Positions 18,546-27,323 of a stretch of DNA of 46,202 bases are shown in pieces. The notes under the pieces were generated by a model. That model worked only from the letters and a program-made list of their open reading frames with translations, had not been told where the DNA came from and ran no database searches. Every line of letters begins with the position of its first letter. Positions within the stretch are counted from its first letter, which is position 1. This stretch comes from Armatimonadia bacterium (GTDB lineage: Bacteria; Armatimonadota; Zipacnadia; Zipacnadales; UBA11051), in assembly GCA_039683575.1 (NCBI GenBank), contig JBDKRC010000181.1, positions 1 to 46,202 on the forward strand. The letters are read 5' to 3'. A program made the position numbers and the translations under genes.

Positions 18546-20603
18546 ATGGGCTTCCTGATCTTCCTCATCATCACGGCGGCAGCGGTGCCCTTTGGGGCAC
18601 AGTTTCTCAGGCTGCTGCGCATCTCCCCGGCAGCAATTCCCGAACGTTTTCTGGCCTCGGCAACGGTAGGCTATGTGCTGATTGGATACGCCACGCTGGC
18701 CCTAGGGCTGGTGGGTAAGCTCACGCCCTGGGGCGTGGCTTTGATGCTGGCGGGCGCGGGCCTGCTCGGGCTGGGGAACTGGGACCTGCTCTGGGAGGCA
18801 GGGCTGCAACTGACGAATGTGCTACTGCGGGGGCTGCGGGTGAAGGTGATTGGGGCGCGGAAGGCGCCGGGGGACGTTTCGGGGACGCCGGACGAGGGCG
18901 AGCCGCGGTCCAGCAACCATGTTCCGGCGCTGCTCGTCGTGGTGCCGATGCTAATCCTGACGCTCATTCTGGCACTGGAGCCGCCGAGCGGACGGGATTT
19001 TGACGGGCTGAGCGAGCACCTCGCGCAGGCGGCATTCTATGCGCGGCATCACGTTGTCGAACCCCTCTGGCATGATCACCACTCGCAATTCCCCTCCAAT
19101 ATGCAGATGCTGTATACGCTCGGGCTGAGTTTCGGGTCAGTGAGCGCGGCGAAGCTGTTTGAATGGTTCCATGGCGTGCTGGCGCTGGTGGCGGCGGCAC
19201 TCATCGCCCGGCGGTTCATGGCACGCGGGGCAACGGCGTGGGCGGCGGTGGTGCTGGCCACGACGCCGATGTTCATGTGGCTCATGGGCGTGTCGTACGT
19301 GGATCTGGGGGTGGTGGCCTACGGGCTGGTGGCGCTGCTGGCGCTGCTGGAGTGGGAGCGGGACCGGCAGCCGGGGCAGCTTCTGTTGGCGGCGCTGGTG
19401 GCGGGATGCGCGGGGACGGTGAAGATGCAGGGGCTGACGATCTTCGCGGTGCTGGGGCTGGGGGCGTTGGTGATCATGCTGCGGTCGCGGCGGGAGAAGT
19501 CGGGGTCTGGAGACCCCTCCCACACTACCAGCAAACCGAGTTGGGGGACACTGGCAGCGGCGGCGGCGATTGGGTTGCTGATCTGCGCGCCGTGGTATGT
19601 TAAGAGCGCGGTGTATACGGGCAATCCCGTGTATCCGTTTGCGTATGGCATCTTTGGGGGCAAGCACTGGACGGCCAACCAGGCGGTGGGGTACTCGAGG
19701 CACCAGCTTGAGTTTGGGCTGGGGGAACTGCCGCCGCAGGATGTGCTGGACCGGATGCCGCGGTGGAAGAAGGCTTTTGTGGGGCCACGGGAGCCGTGGA
19801 AGTGGCTGTTTGCGCCCTTCGGCGTGACCTACATGCCGTGGGAGTATGAAGTCAATCTGGGGCAGTTGCCCAATCTGCTGATGACGTCCGTGGGGCCGCT
19901 TTACCTGGCGCTGCTGGGGGCGTTGATACTGATCCGCGGCAAGCCACGGGCGCTCACGCTGTCCCTGTGGCTGTTTCTGCCGCTTTGGATCTGGTGGTTC
20001 CTATCCATGCAGCTTGAACGGTACCTGCTGCCGAGTCTGGTGTTGACAGTGCCGGCGGCGGGCTATGCGGCGTACCGGGGGCTGCATAGCGGTCCGGTGG
20101 GGCGGCAGCTATTCAAGTGGGCGCTGGGGCTGTGGTCGATGACGGCGATTCTCATCACGCTATGGATTGCGGCACCGGCGGTTCCGGTGGTGCTCGGGAT
20201 AGAGAGCCGGGACGATTACCTGACGCGTTCGCTGGATGTGTATGCGCCGAGTAAGTTCATCCGCGAGCACACGCCGCCGGAGGCGCGGGTGGCGACCTAT
20301 GGCGAGGTGCGGACGTTCTACTTCGACCGGGACGCGTTCTGGGCCGAGTCGGGCCATTCTGACCTGATCCCCTATCAGCAGATGAAGGGACCGGAGGACC
20401 TCTTGAAGAGGTACCGGGAGCTTGGCATCACCCATGTGCTGGTGAATGTGCGGTACCTGCCGGGGTTCTGGGAGGCGCCGGATCAGACGCTGGGGCTGCT
20501 GCGGCAGGCGATGGACCGCAGGATGCTGGTACTGATGGGAAGCTTTGGGCCGCGCCAGAATTACCTGCTCTTTGAGGTGCGGCAGCCCGGGGGCCGGACA
20601 TGA
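18546..20603 (+). CDS. Polytopic GT-C-fold glycosyltransferase (ArnT/PMT-like); start moved to ATG 18546
   Basis: Many TM helices, acidic loop DFDGLSEHL, SYVD, PWY..S..YTGNPVYPF, QLERYLLP, C-terminal periplasmic domain (GITHVLVN). Confidence 0.8.
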   Translation: MGFLIFLIITAAAVPFGAQFLRLLRISPAAIPERFLASATVGYVLIGYATLALGLVGKLTPWGVALMLAGAGLLGLGNWDLLWEAGLQLTNVLLRGLRVKVIGARKAPGDVSGTPDEGEPRSSNHVPALLVVVPMLILTLILALEPPSGRDFDGLSEHLAQAAFYARHHVVEPLWHDHHSQFPSNMQMLYTLGLSFGSVSAAKLFEWFHGVLALVAAALIARRFMARGATAWAAVVLATTPMFMWLMGVSYVDLGVVAYGLVALLALLEWERDRQPGQLLLAALVAGCAGTVKMQGLTIFAVLGLGALVIMLRSRREKSGSGDPSHTTSKPSWGTLAAAAAIGLLICAPWYVKSAVYTGNPVYPFAYGIFGGKHWTANQAVGYSRHQLEFGLGELPPQDVLDRMPRWKKAFVGPREPWKWLFAPFGVTYMPWEYEVNLGQLPNLLMTSVGPLYLALLGALILIRGKPRALTLSLWLFLPLWIWWFLSMQLERYLLPSLVLTVPAAGYAAYRGLHSGPVGRQLFKWALGLWSMTAILITLWIAAPAVPVVLGIESRDDYLTRSLDVYAPSKFIREHTPPEARVATYGEVRTFYFDRDAFWAESGHSDLIPYQQMKGPEDLLKRYRELGITHVLVNVRYLPGFWEAPDQTLGLLRQAMDRRMLVLMGSFGPRQNYLLFEVRQPGGRT
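19502..19523 (-). repeat. Family F REP in-frame within the GT-C gene (encodes SGSGDPSH)
   Basis: Minus strand GTGGGAGGGGTCTCCAGACCCC; similar intergenic copies at 27261, 6047 and 12500. Confidence 0.75.
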
Positions 20604-22183
20604 GCGAGCGGGCGCTGCCGCTGAAGCTGGGGCTGATCCCGCTGGCGCTGTACCTGGTGCTCGCGGCGGGGGCGGCGATTGTTGTGCCGTCGGACTATGC
20701 GGGAGACCCGCGGCCGACACCGCCGGATGAGGGACCGCATGTGGGGTATGTGGCGCATCTGGCGACCAAGTGGACGCTGCCGGTGTTCCGGTCGCTGGCG
20801 GATAACTATGAGGGGCACCAGCCGCCGCTCTACTACGCTACGGCTCTGCCGGCGTATTTCGCGGCGCGGGCGGTGGCGCCGGGCGAGATTGGCGGTTTGA
20901 GCCGGACGGGGCTGGTGTTGCTGCGGCTGTGGAGCGTGTTGGTGGGGGGGATTGCGGTGTGGGCGTTGTGGCTTCTGGGGAGGTTGGTGTTTTCGTGGGA
21001 GTATGTGGCGGGAGGGAAGGCGGAGACGGGCGAGCCGCCCGTCCTACGAGGAGGCAAGGGAGCGGACGCGGGAGCGGGCGAGACGCCCGCACTACGCGGC
21101 AAGGGAACGGCAGACGGGGGCGAAGCAGGAGACTGGAGGCGGCTGCTGGCGCTGGCTCCGGCGCTGTTATTGGCGCTTTGGCCGGGGCGGACGATGATTG
21201 TCTCGGCGATTACCAATGATGGGCTCGCGGAGGGGATGTGTCTGGTGACGCTGTACCTGTGTCTGCGGGCGCTGAGCCGGCCGGTGGGGTACAGGGACAT
21301 TCTGTGGCTGGGGCTGGCGTGGAGTGGGGCGCTTTTGAGCAAGAGCACTTCGGCGGCGCTGGGGCCGATTGTGCTGCTGGCTTTGGTGATGGGAGACGGG
21401 GCTTACAGGCGTTCGAATGATGCAGGTGAGGTCTCACCCGAGTTAGCGGACAGGGGCCGCTTGCTGAAGAACCTCGCGCTGTTGGCTGGGATCGTGGTGG
21501 TGCTGACCGGCTGGTGGTTTGTACGGAACCAGATGCTATATGGTGATCCGCTGGCCGCGCGGGTGTTTGAGGAGCTATTTTCCAAGGACCGCGCCACGCC
21601 GGAGTACTTCTTCAAGCTGGGGCTGAGTGGAGGCGCGTACTTCACTTTGGTTGTTATGAATACTGCGCTGAGCTTCTGGGGGGTGTACGGGCAGGCGAAC
21701 GTATATTCGCCAGTCTGGTACTATGCGCTGGGGTTTGGTATCTGGGCTGTGGCGCTGGTGGGGTTGGTGGGGCAGAAGATTGCTGACGGGAAGTCCGCGG
21801 CGCCAGGGCCTCAGACGACGGGAAAGGGTAAGTCCAAGGGCAGCAAGCGGCAGGAACCGGAAGGGCAGGGGGCGGCTGGCGGCGAACAGGACTGGAGACG
21901 GCAGGCCTTTGTGCTGTGCTGGGTGCTGCTGGTCGTAGTGGTGGCGTTTTTCCTGCGGTTCAACACCTCGTTTTACCAGGCGCAGGCGCGGTATTTGTTT
22001 GCCGCGAGCGGGGCGATCTGGCTTCTGATGACGCTGGGGCTGTGGGATGTGGGGAGGAAGCGATACGGAGCGTGGGTGGTGGCGGCGGCGCTGGCGGTAA
22101 TGCTGGTGATGTCGGTGTGGTCGGTGGCGGGGTTTGGGCATTTGGTGGCGGAGCATTACCCGCCGCCGCTGTTCGGGGGGTAG
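20600..22183 (+). CDS. Second polytopic GT-C-fold glycosyltransferase (GT39/DUF2142-like)
   Basis: PPDEGPH, YEGHQPPLYY, ITNDGL, WWFVRN..LYGD, QAQARYLF. ATGA overlap with the upstream gene. Confidence 0.8.
   Translation: MSERALPLKLGLIPLALYLVLAAGAAIVVPSDYAGDPRPTPPDEGPHVGYVAHLATKWTLPVFRSLADNYEGHQPPLYYATALPAYFAARAVAPGEIGGLSRTGLVLLRLWSVLVGGIAVWALWLLGRLVFSWEYVAGGKAETGEPPVLRGGKGADAGAGETPALRGKGTADGGEAGDWRRLLALAPALLLALWPGRTMIVSAITNDGLAEGMCLVTLYLCLRALSRPVGYRDILWLGLAWSGALLSKSTSAALGPIVLLALVMGDGAYRRSNDAGEVSPELADRGRLLKNLALLAGIVVVLTGWWFVRNQMLYGDPLAARVFEELFSKDRATPEYFFKLGLSGGAYFTLVVMNTALSFWGVYGQANVYSPVWYYALGFGIWAVALVGLVGQKIADGKSAAPGPQTTGKGKSKGSKRQEPEGQGAAGGEQDWRRQAFVLCWVLLVVVVAFFLRFNTSFYQAQARYLFAASGAIWLLMTLGLWDVGRKRYGAWVVAAALAVMLVMSVWSVAGFGHLVAEHYPPPLFGG
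21026..21095 (-). repeat. Two family B REPs in-frame within the second GT-C gene
   Basis: Minus strand GTAGGACGGGCGGCTCGCCCGT and GTAGTGCGGGCGTCTCGCCCGC; they encode TGEPPVLR and AGETPALR. Confidence 0.88.
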
Positions 22184-22237
22184 GGCAGACGGGCGAGACG
22201 TGACGAGTCTATGGAGCCTGTTAGCTGATGTTCTCCC

Positions 22238-22333
22238 GCCCGGCTGGAAGCCGGGCTCTAGCGACGAGATCTCGCGGCTGGAAGCCGCTCGTACGGCGAC
22301 AGCAGCTCGTACGGCGATGGCCGCTCGTACGGC
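22238..22333. repeat. Family G hairpins (GGCTGGAAGCC core) plus three GCTCGTACGGC repeats at 18-nt period
   Basis: GCCCGGCTGGAAGCCGGGC; GCGGCTGGAAGCCGC; GCTCGTACGGC at 22287, 22305 and 22323. Confidence 0.75.
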
Positions 22334-22378
22334 TGACTGGCGTGAGGCGTGCGCGCTATGCGAACTGAGGAATCCTGA

Positions 22379-23152
22379 ATGAAAGTTGCCATTTTGGCCG
22401 GAGGTCGTGGGACGCGTCTTTTGGGCGGGGAAAGCTCGCACCCTAAGGCGCTGTTTGAGATCGGCGGCCGGCCTATCATCTGGCACATTATGAACATCTA
22501 TGGTGCGGCGGGGTACCGGGATTTCCTGCTGCTTTTGGGCTACAAGGCCGACGAGGTTGTGGACTACTTCGTCAATCGCCTGCCGTTTCAGGGGCGGGAC
22601 TTGCGGGTGAGGATTAGCGAGCAGGCGGCTCCGGAGCTATTGGACGGGGGCCCGCAGACGGATTGGTCGGTCACGCTGTGTGATACCGGCCTGGAGGCGG
22701 AAAAGGGCGAGCGCATCCGCAAGGCACGCAAGTACCTGATGGATGATGAAGATTTCATGGTGACGTACGGGGATGGCCTGATTGACCTCGACCCGCGGGT
22801 GCTGATGGACTTTCACCGCTCTCATGGGAAGATCGCGACCGTAACAGCGATTCGGGCGCGGTCGCAGTTTGGGCACGTGGAGGTGGCGGAGAACGGGCAG
22901 GTGCGGCAGATGCGGGAGAACCCGATGCTGCCGGAATGGATCAACGGCGGGTTCTTTGTCTTCAACCGGCGCATCTTTGATTGTCTGGACCCCTATGACA
23001 CGCTGGAGACGGGGTGTCTGCGGAAGCTGGCGGAGATCGGGGAACTCATGGCGTACCGCCATGAGGGGTTCTGGGCTTGTATGGATACGTACAAGGATAA
23101 CCTGCGCCTGAATGATCTCTGGGACAGCGGGCAGGCGCCGTGGGCGAGGTAG
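22379..23152 (+). CDS. rfbF: Glucose-1-phosphate cytidylyltransferase-like nucleotidyltransferase
   Basis: ILAGGRGTRL, PKALFEIGGRPIIWHIM, DTGL, FMVTYGDG, WINGGFFVF, AYRHEGFWACMDT, LNDLW..G.APW. Confidence 0.88.
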   Translation: MKVAILAGGRGTRLLGGESSHPKALFEIGGRPIIWHIMNIYGAAGYRDFLLLLGYKADEVVDYFVNRLPFQGRDLRVRISEQAAPELLDGGPQTDWSVTLCDTGLEAEKGERIRKARKYLMDDEDFMVTYGDGLIDLDPRVLMDFHRSHGKIATVTAIRARSQFGHVEVAENGQVRQMRENPMLPEWINGGFFVFNRRIFDCLDPYDTLETGCLRKLAEIGELMAYRHEGFWACMDTYKDNLRLNDLWDSGQAPWAR

Positions 23153-23166
23153 GGAGTGTGACGGTC

Positions 23167-23188
23167 GCGGGCGAGCCGCCCGCGCCAC
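23167..23188 (-). repeat. Family B REP
   Basis: GCGGGCGAGCCGCCCGCGCCAC, identical to 26390-26411. Confidence 0.85.
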
Positions 23189-23239
23189 GTGTGTTGGGGC
23201 CTATGCGACTGGTGTTGGGGCTCATGTTGAAACACGGCT

Positions 23240-24241
23240 ATGGGAGAGACCATGTTTGAATGGAATGGCCGGAAGGTGCTGGTTACTGGCGCCTATGGCT
23301 TTCTGGCGGCGCATTTGATTGAGGGACTGCTGCGGCAGGGCGCGCAGGTTGTGGGGATTGTGCGCGATTGTCCGGCGGAGAGCTACCTGCAGTACCAGTA
23401 CCTCGACACGCAGGTGACGTTGCTGCGCGGCGATGTGGTGGACCTGGAGTTTTGCCGCCGCGCGCTGAATGAGGAAGAGGTCGAGGTCGTGTTTCATCTG
23501 GCGGCGCAGGCGATTGTGGGGACAGCGAACCGCTCGCCGCTGAGCACGTTTGAGTCCAATATCAGGGCAACGTACATGCTGCTCGAGGCGTGCCGGGAGG
23601 TGCGCGTGGACGGGGGGCCGCTGCAGAGCGTGGTAGTGGCCAGCAGCGATAAGGCCTACGGCGACCAGGAAGTGCTGCCATACCGTGAAGAGGCGCCGAT
23701 GCAGGGGCTGCATCCCTATGATGTCTCAAAGAGTTGCACCGACCTGATCACGCGGACCTACGCAAACACGTACAAGCTGCCGGCGGCCGTGACACGGTGC
23801 GCGAACCTGTACGGGCCGGGGGATTTGAACTTCTCGCGGATCGTGCCGGCGACGGTACGGGATGTGCTTCAGGGCACGCGGCCGGTGATTCGCAGCGACG
23901 GGTCTCCGCAGCGCGATTACCTGTACGTGGGGGATGCAGTAGAAGGGTATCTGGCGCTGGCGGAGGCGGTTATTGAGGGGAAGGCGGTAGGGAAGGCGTA
24001 TAATCTGGGGACCGGGGTGCCGGTGACGGTCTTGCAACTGGTGGAAGACATCATACGGGCGGCGGGGTCGGAGCTGACGGCAGAGGTGCAGAACACGGCC
24101 GGGGGCGAGATCAAGCACCAGTATCTGGACCCGACGCGGGCGCGCGAGGAGTTGGGCTGGGTGGCGCGCACGCCGCGTGACGAGGGCCTGAAGCAGTGCC
24201 TGCAGTGGTATTCTGAGTATCTGAGCGAGCAGAATGAGTAG
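23240..24241 (+). CDS. NAD-dependent CDP-sugar dehydratase/epimerase (RfbG/YfnG-like extended SDR)
   Basis: VLVTGAYGFL, FHLAAQAIV, ASSDKAYG, catalytic YDVSK, NLYGPGDLNFSRIVP. Confidence 0.9.
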   Translation: MGETMFEWNGRKVLVTGAYGFLAAHLIEGLLRQGAQVVGIVRDCPAESYLQYQYLDTQVTLLRGDVVDLEFCRRALNEEEVEVVFHLAAQAIVGTANRSPLSTFESNIRATYMLLEACREVRVDGGPLQSVVVASSDKAYGDQEVLPYREEAPMQGLHPYDVSKSCTDLITRTYANTYKLPAAVTRCANLYGPGDLNFSRIVPATVRDVLQGTRPVIRSDGSPQRDYLYVGDAVEGYLALAEAVIEGKAVGKAYNLGTGVPVTVLQLVEDIIRAAGSELTAEVQNTAGGEIKHQYLDPTRAREELGWVARTPRDEGLKQCLQWYSEYLSEQNE

Positions 24242-24971
24242 TCCGCAACTTTCAATTGTAATGCCAGTCTATAATGAGCGGCCGACGGTGCTGGAAATCC
24301 TCCAGCGCGTGCGTGACCTGCCCATCGACAAAGAAGTCATCATTGTAGATAACTGCTCTACCGATGGAACCAGGGAGATCCTGCAGGGGCTCTCATACCC
24401 CGATGTGCGAGTGGTTTTCCAGCCCTCGAACATGATGAAGGGCAACTCCGTGAAGCGGGGTATCGCGCTGGCCGAGGGCGAATATGTGGTGGTACAAGAC
24501 GGCGATCTGGAGTATGATCCCAACGACCTCGTGAAGATGCTGGCGCACATGACCGAGGAGGGGACGCTGGCGGTCTTCGGATCGAGGCTTCTGGGGGCCC
24601 AAGAGCGAGGAGAACCGATCAAACGCACGGTTTTCCGCGTTGGCGGGGACTTCGTGAACTGGTTTTTCAAGGTGCTCTTCAAGAGCGACCTGACTGATAT
24701 CGCGTCCTGCTATAAGATGGCACCGCGGGCGGTGCTGCAGAGCCTGCAGCTCTCGTGCGACAGCTTCGATCTGGACTTTGAGACGGCGGCGAAGCTGCAG
24801 ATGGAGGCGCGACGGCGCGGGCTGAAGATTCTCGAAGTGCCGATCAGCTATGCGCCACGGAGTGTGGCCGAAGGCAAGAAGATTAGCTGGCGGGATGGGC
24901 TTCACGCGGTCGCGACGCTGTGGCGGACGCGGTATGGGAAGGGGAAGGCTTGCCGGGGCGACATGCTGTAG
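24234..24971 (+). CDS. GT2 glycosyltransferase, DPM1/polyprenol-phosphate-sugar synthase-like
   Basis: SIVMPVYNE, VDNCSTDGT, QDGDLEYDP, GSR, LTDIASCYK, EVPISYAPRS..EGKKI.W.DG. Confidence 0.9.
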   Translation: MSSPQLSIVMPVYNERPTVLEILQRVRDLPIDKEVIIVDNCSTDGTREILQGLSYPDVRVVFQPSNMMKGNSVKRGIALAEGEYVVVQDGDLEYDPNDLVKMLAHMTEEGTLAVFGSRLLGAQERGEPIKRTVFRVGGDFVNWFFKVLFKSDLTDIASCYKMAPRAVLQSLQLSCDSFDLDFETAAKLQMEARRRGLKILEVPISYAPRSVAEGKKISWRDGLHAVATLWRTRYGKGKACRGDML

Positions 24972-24984
24972 GGGGTTTGGGACT

Positions 24985-25086
24985 GTGGGGCGGGGGCTCG
25001 TACCCCGCCGCAACAGCGAGACCTGATCGTAGATAACGACCGGCGGGGTACGAGCCCCCTGCGACGCAGACGTCGCTACGCCCTAC
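24985..25086. repeat. Family A REPIN; the right REP is interrupted by the 20-nt mini-hairpin at 25060-25079, followed by partial CGCCCTACAG tails
   Basis: GTGGGGCGGGGGCTCGTACCCCGCCG ... CGGCGGGGTACGAGCCCCC[TGCGACGCAGACGTCGCTAC]GCCCTAC. Confidence 0.9.
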
Positions 25087-25185
25087 AGCAGAGGCGCCCC
25101 CGCCCTACAGCGGAGACGACCGCGCGCCACACAACGGAGACGGTGGCACGCCCTACAGCAGACACGGCTTCTACGACCAAACACT

Positions 25186-25785
25186 ATGAGAAAAGCAGTA
25201 CCGATTATAATCGTGGTTGTGATTGTCGCCCTGACGCTGGGGTTGATTTACTTCGCCACGCGTCCTCGGGAGCGCCCGATGGAGTTGCCGCAGCCAGCGG
25301 TCGGGCAGGCGCCTGTGGCTCCAGCGGCAAAGCCTGAGCCGATGAAGAACCCGCAGGGCGTGAGTGTGCAGGGCGCGGAGATTGAGCAGCGAGACCCGGC
25401 GGGGAAGGTGCAGTGGAAGGTCACTGCGGGCGGGGATCTGGAGTTCGACAAGAACGCGCAGATGGCCACGGGACATGACGTGGTCTTTGAGATGGTCCAG
25501 CAGGACCAGACACCGATAGTAGTGAAAGCGAGCGAGTTTCAGGCCAACTACAACTCGCGGAAGCTGACCTTCACAAAGGGCGTCAGCGGGCGCATGACGG
25601 ACGGGTCGGCGCATTTTACCGTCAATCACCTGGTGTATGACTTCGACACGAAGAAGCTCACCGGGACCGGCGGGGCGAAGTTCGTCCAGGGCAACTACAA
25701 GGCCGTCGCCAATAACATCGTCGTGGACTGGAAGATAAAGAAAGTGCGGATGCGTGGCGGCGTCCGCTTCACCAAGAGCGGGTAA
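25186..25785 (+). CDS. lptC: LptC-like LPS export protein
   Basis: Single N-terminal TM anchor plus a beta-jellyroll-like sequence; position upstream of lptA/lptB. Confidence 0.7.
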   Translation: MRKAVPIIIVVVIVALTLGLIYFATRPRERPMELPQPAVGQAPVAPAAKPEPMKNPQGVSVQGAEIEQRDPAGKVQWKVTAGGDLEFDKNAQMATGHDVVFEMVQQDQTPIVVKASEFQANYNSRKLTFTKGVSGRMTDGSAHFTVNHLVYDFDTKKLTGTGGAKFVQGNYKAVANNIVVDWKIKKVRMRGGVRFTKSG

Positions 25786-25797
25786 CGGAGCGATCAC

Positions 25798-26343
25798 ATG
25801 AGGTACTCGATACTGTCGCGGCGGCAGCTTTGCCTGGCCCTGATCGGTTGCAGCTTGCTTGTGGCGACGATGGCGGTCTGCCAACAGGTCAAGCGCACCC
25901 GGACCGGTACGGTCACGGCCCAGACCATGGAACTGGACTGGGAGAAGAATGTTGTGATATTCTCCGGCAACGCGCGGCTGGTGGTGGCCGGGGACTATAA
26001 CGCGGACATGACCGCGCCCACAATGAACGTGGCTCTCAGCCAGAAGGGCGACCGCATCATGTCGCTCGTGGCCAAGGGTCCGGTCAGCTTCACTGTGATC
26101 ACGCAGCCCGATGCGAACGGCATGAAGCGCAAGATCGTGGCCTCGGCCAGCGATCAGGCGACGTATTCCGAGGACGCCCAGCAGATCAAGCTGGTTGGGA
26201 ACGCGGTCGCAGACATGATGCCCATCGGCGGAGAAGCGACCGATGCAATGCACTTTACCGGACAGACGATTGTGGCTAACCTGAAGACGAACCGTCTGAC
26301 GGTGGACAATGCCAATCTGACGGTGAAGACGCAGACGGAGTGA
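25798..26343 (+). CDS. lptA: LptA/OstA-like periplasmic LPS transport protein
   Basis: Signal peptide; VIFSGNA, ASDQATY, LVGNA, GQTI; adjacent to lptB. Confidence 0.72.
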   Translation: MRYSILSRRQLCLALIGCSLLVATMAVCQQVKRTRTGTVTAQTMELDWEKNVVIFSGNARLVVAGDYNADMTAPTMNVALSQKGDRIMSLVAKGPVSFTVITQPDANGMKRKIVASASDQATYSEDAQQIKLVGNAVADMMPIGGEATDAMHFTGQTIVANLKTNRLTVDNANLTVKTQTE

Positions 26344-26360
26344 GGCAGCACGTTTCCCCA

Positions 26361-26411
26361 GTAGGGCAGGCGGCTAGCCTGCCCTCGACGCGGGCGAGCC
26401 GCCCGCGCCAC
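26361..26411. repeat. Family B REPIN (inverted pair)
   Basis: GTAGGGCAGGCGGCTAGCCTGCCC plus GCGGGCGAGCCGCCCGCGCCAC. Confidence 0.8.
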
Positions 26412-26448
26412 TGGTACTGCCAGATATCCCCATTCCCCACGGAGTGCC

Positions 26449-27168
26449 ATGTCTCTTGTAGCCGAGGGCCTTATCAAATCCTACGGTGGGCGCCGTGTTG
26501 TTGACGGCGTGAGCCTCAACGTGGAGCGGGGGGAGATCGTTGGGCTGCTTGGGCCAAACGGCGCGGGCAAGACCACCAGTTTCTACATGATGATCGGCCT
26601 GGTGCAGGGCGAGGGCGGGCGGGTGCTGCTTGATGGCAAGGACCTGGCGCAGGAGCCGATGCACGTGCGCTGCCGCAACGGGCTGGGGTATCTAGCACAG
26701 GAGCCGTCGGTATTCCGCAAGCTCAGTGTGCGGGACAACCTGCTGCTGATTCTGGAACTTCAGGACATGGGCGCGGCGCAGCGCAAGGCGCGGGCCGACG
26801 AACTCATGGATAAGCTGGGGCTGTCGCATCTGGCCGACCGCAAGGGGATCTTGCTGTCGGGCGGGGAGCGGCGGCGGGTGGAGATCGCGCGGTCGCTTTG
26901 CACCGATCCTTCGTTCATATTGCTCGATGAGCCGTTCACGGGCGTCGATCCCATCGCCATCGAGGAGATTCAGAACATCGTCACGGCCCTGCGGTCGGAG
27001 GATATTGGCATCCTCATTACCGACCATAATGTGCGTGAGACGCTGGGGATCACCAACCGCGCGTACATCATCTTCGAGGGCCAGATTCGGGTTGAGGGTA
27101 AGTCTGAGGACATCCCCAACAACCCGATGGCGCGGAAGTACTATCTCGGCGAGAAGTTTCAGATGTAG
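26449..27168 (+). CDS. lptB: LPS export ABC transporter ATP-binding protein LptB
   Basis: GLLGPNGAGKTTSFYM, YLAQEPSVFRKL, LSGGERRRVEIAR, LLDEPFTGVDP, ITDHNVRETL, YLGEKF. Confidence 0.97.
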   Translation: MSLVAEGLIKSYGGRRVVDGVSLNVERGEIVGLLGPNGAGKTTSFYMMIGLVQGEGGRVLLDGKDLAQEPMHVRCRNGLGYLAQEPSVFRKLSVRDNLLLILELQDMGAAQRKARADELMDKLGLSHLADRKGILLSGGERRRVEIARSLCTDPSFILLDEPFTGVDPIAIEEIQNIVTALRSEDIGILITDHNVRETLGITNRAYIIFEGQIRVEGKSEDIPNNPMARKYYLGEKFQM

Positions 27169-27204
27169 CCTGTCCGTCGCCTCCCGTAGACCGCCGGATA
27201 TCAT

Positions 27205-27285
27205 GGTGGAGGGGTTTCCATCCCCCGGCCCTGCACGCGGCTTGCGTGCGCCACCACTGATCGGGGTCTGGAGCCCCCTCCCGCA
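27205..27285. repeat. Degenerate family F REPIN
   Basis: GGTGGAGGGGTTTCCATCCCCCG ... TCGGGGTCTGGAGCCCCCTCCCGCA. Confidence 0.6.
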
Positions 27286-27323
27286 ACCAGGTATGCAGCA
27301 CGTTTGGCCCCGGATTGTCACCC

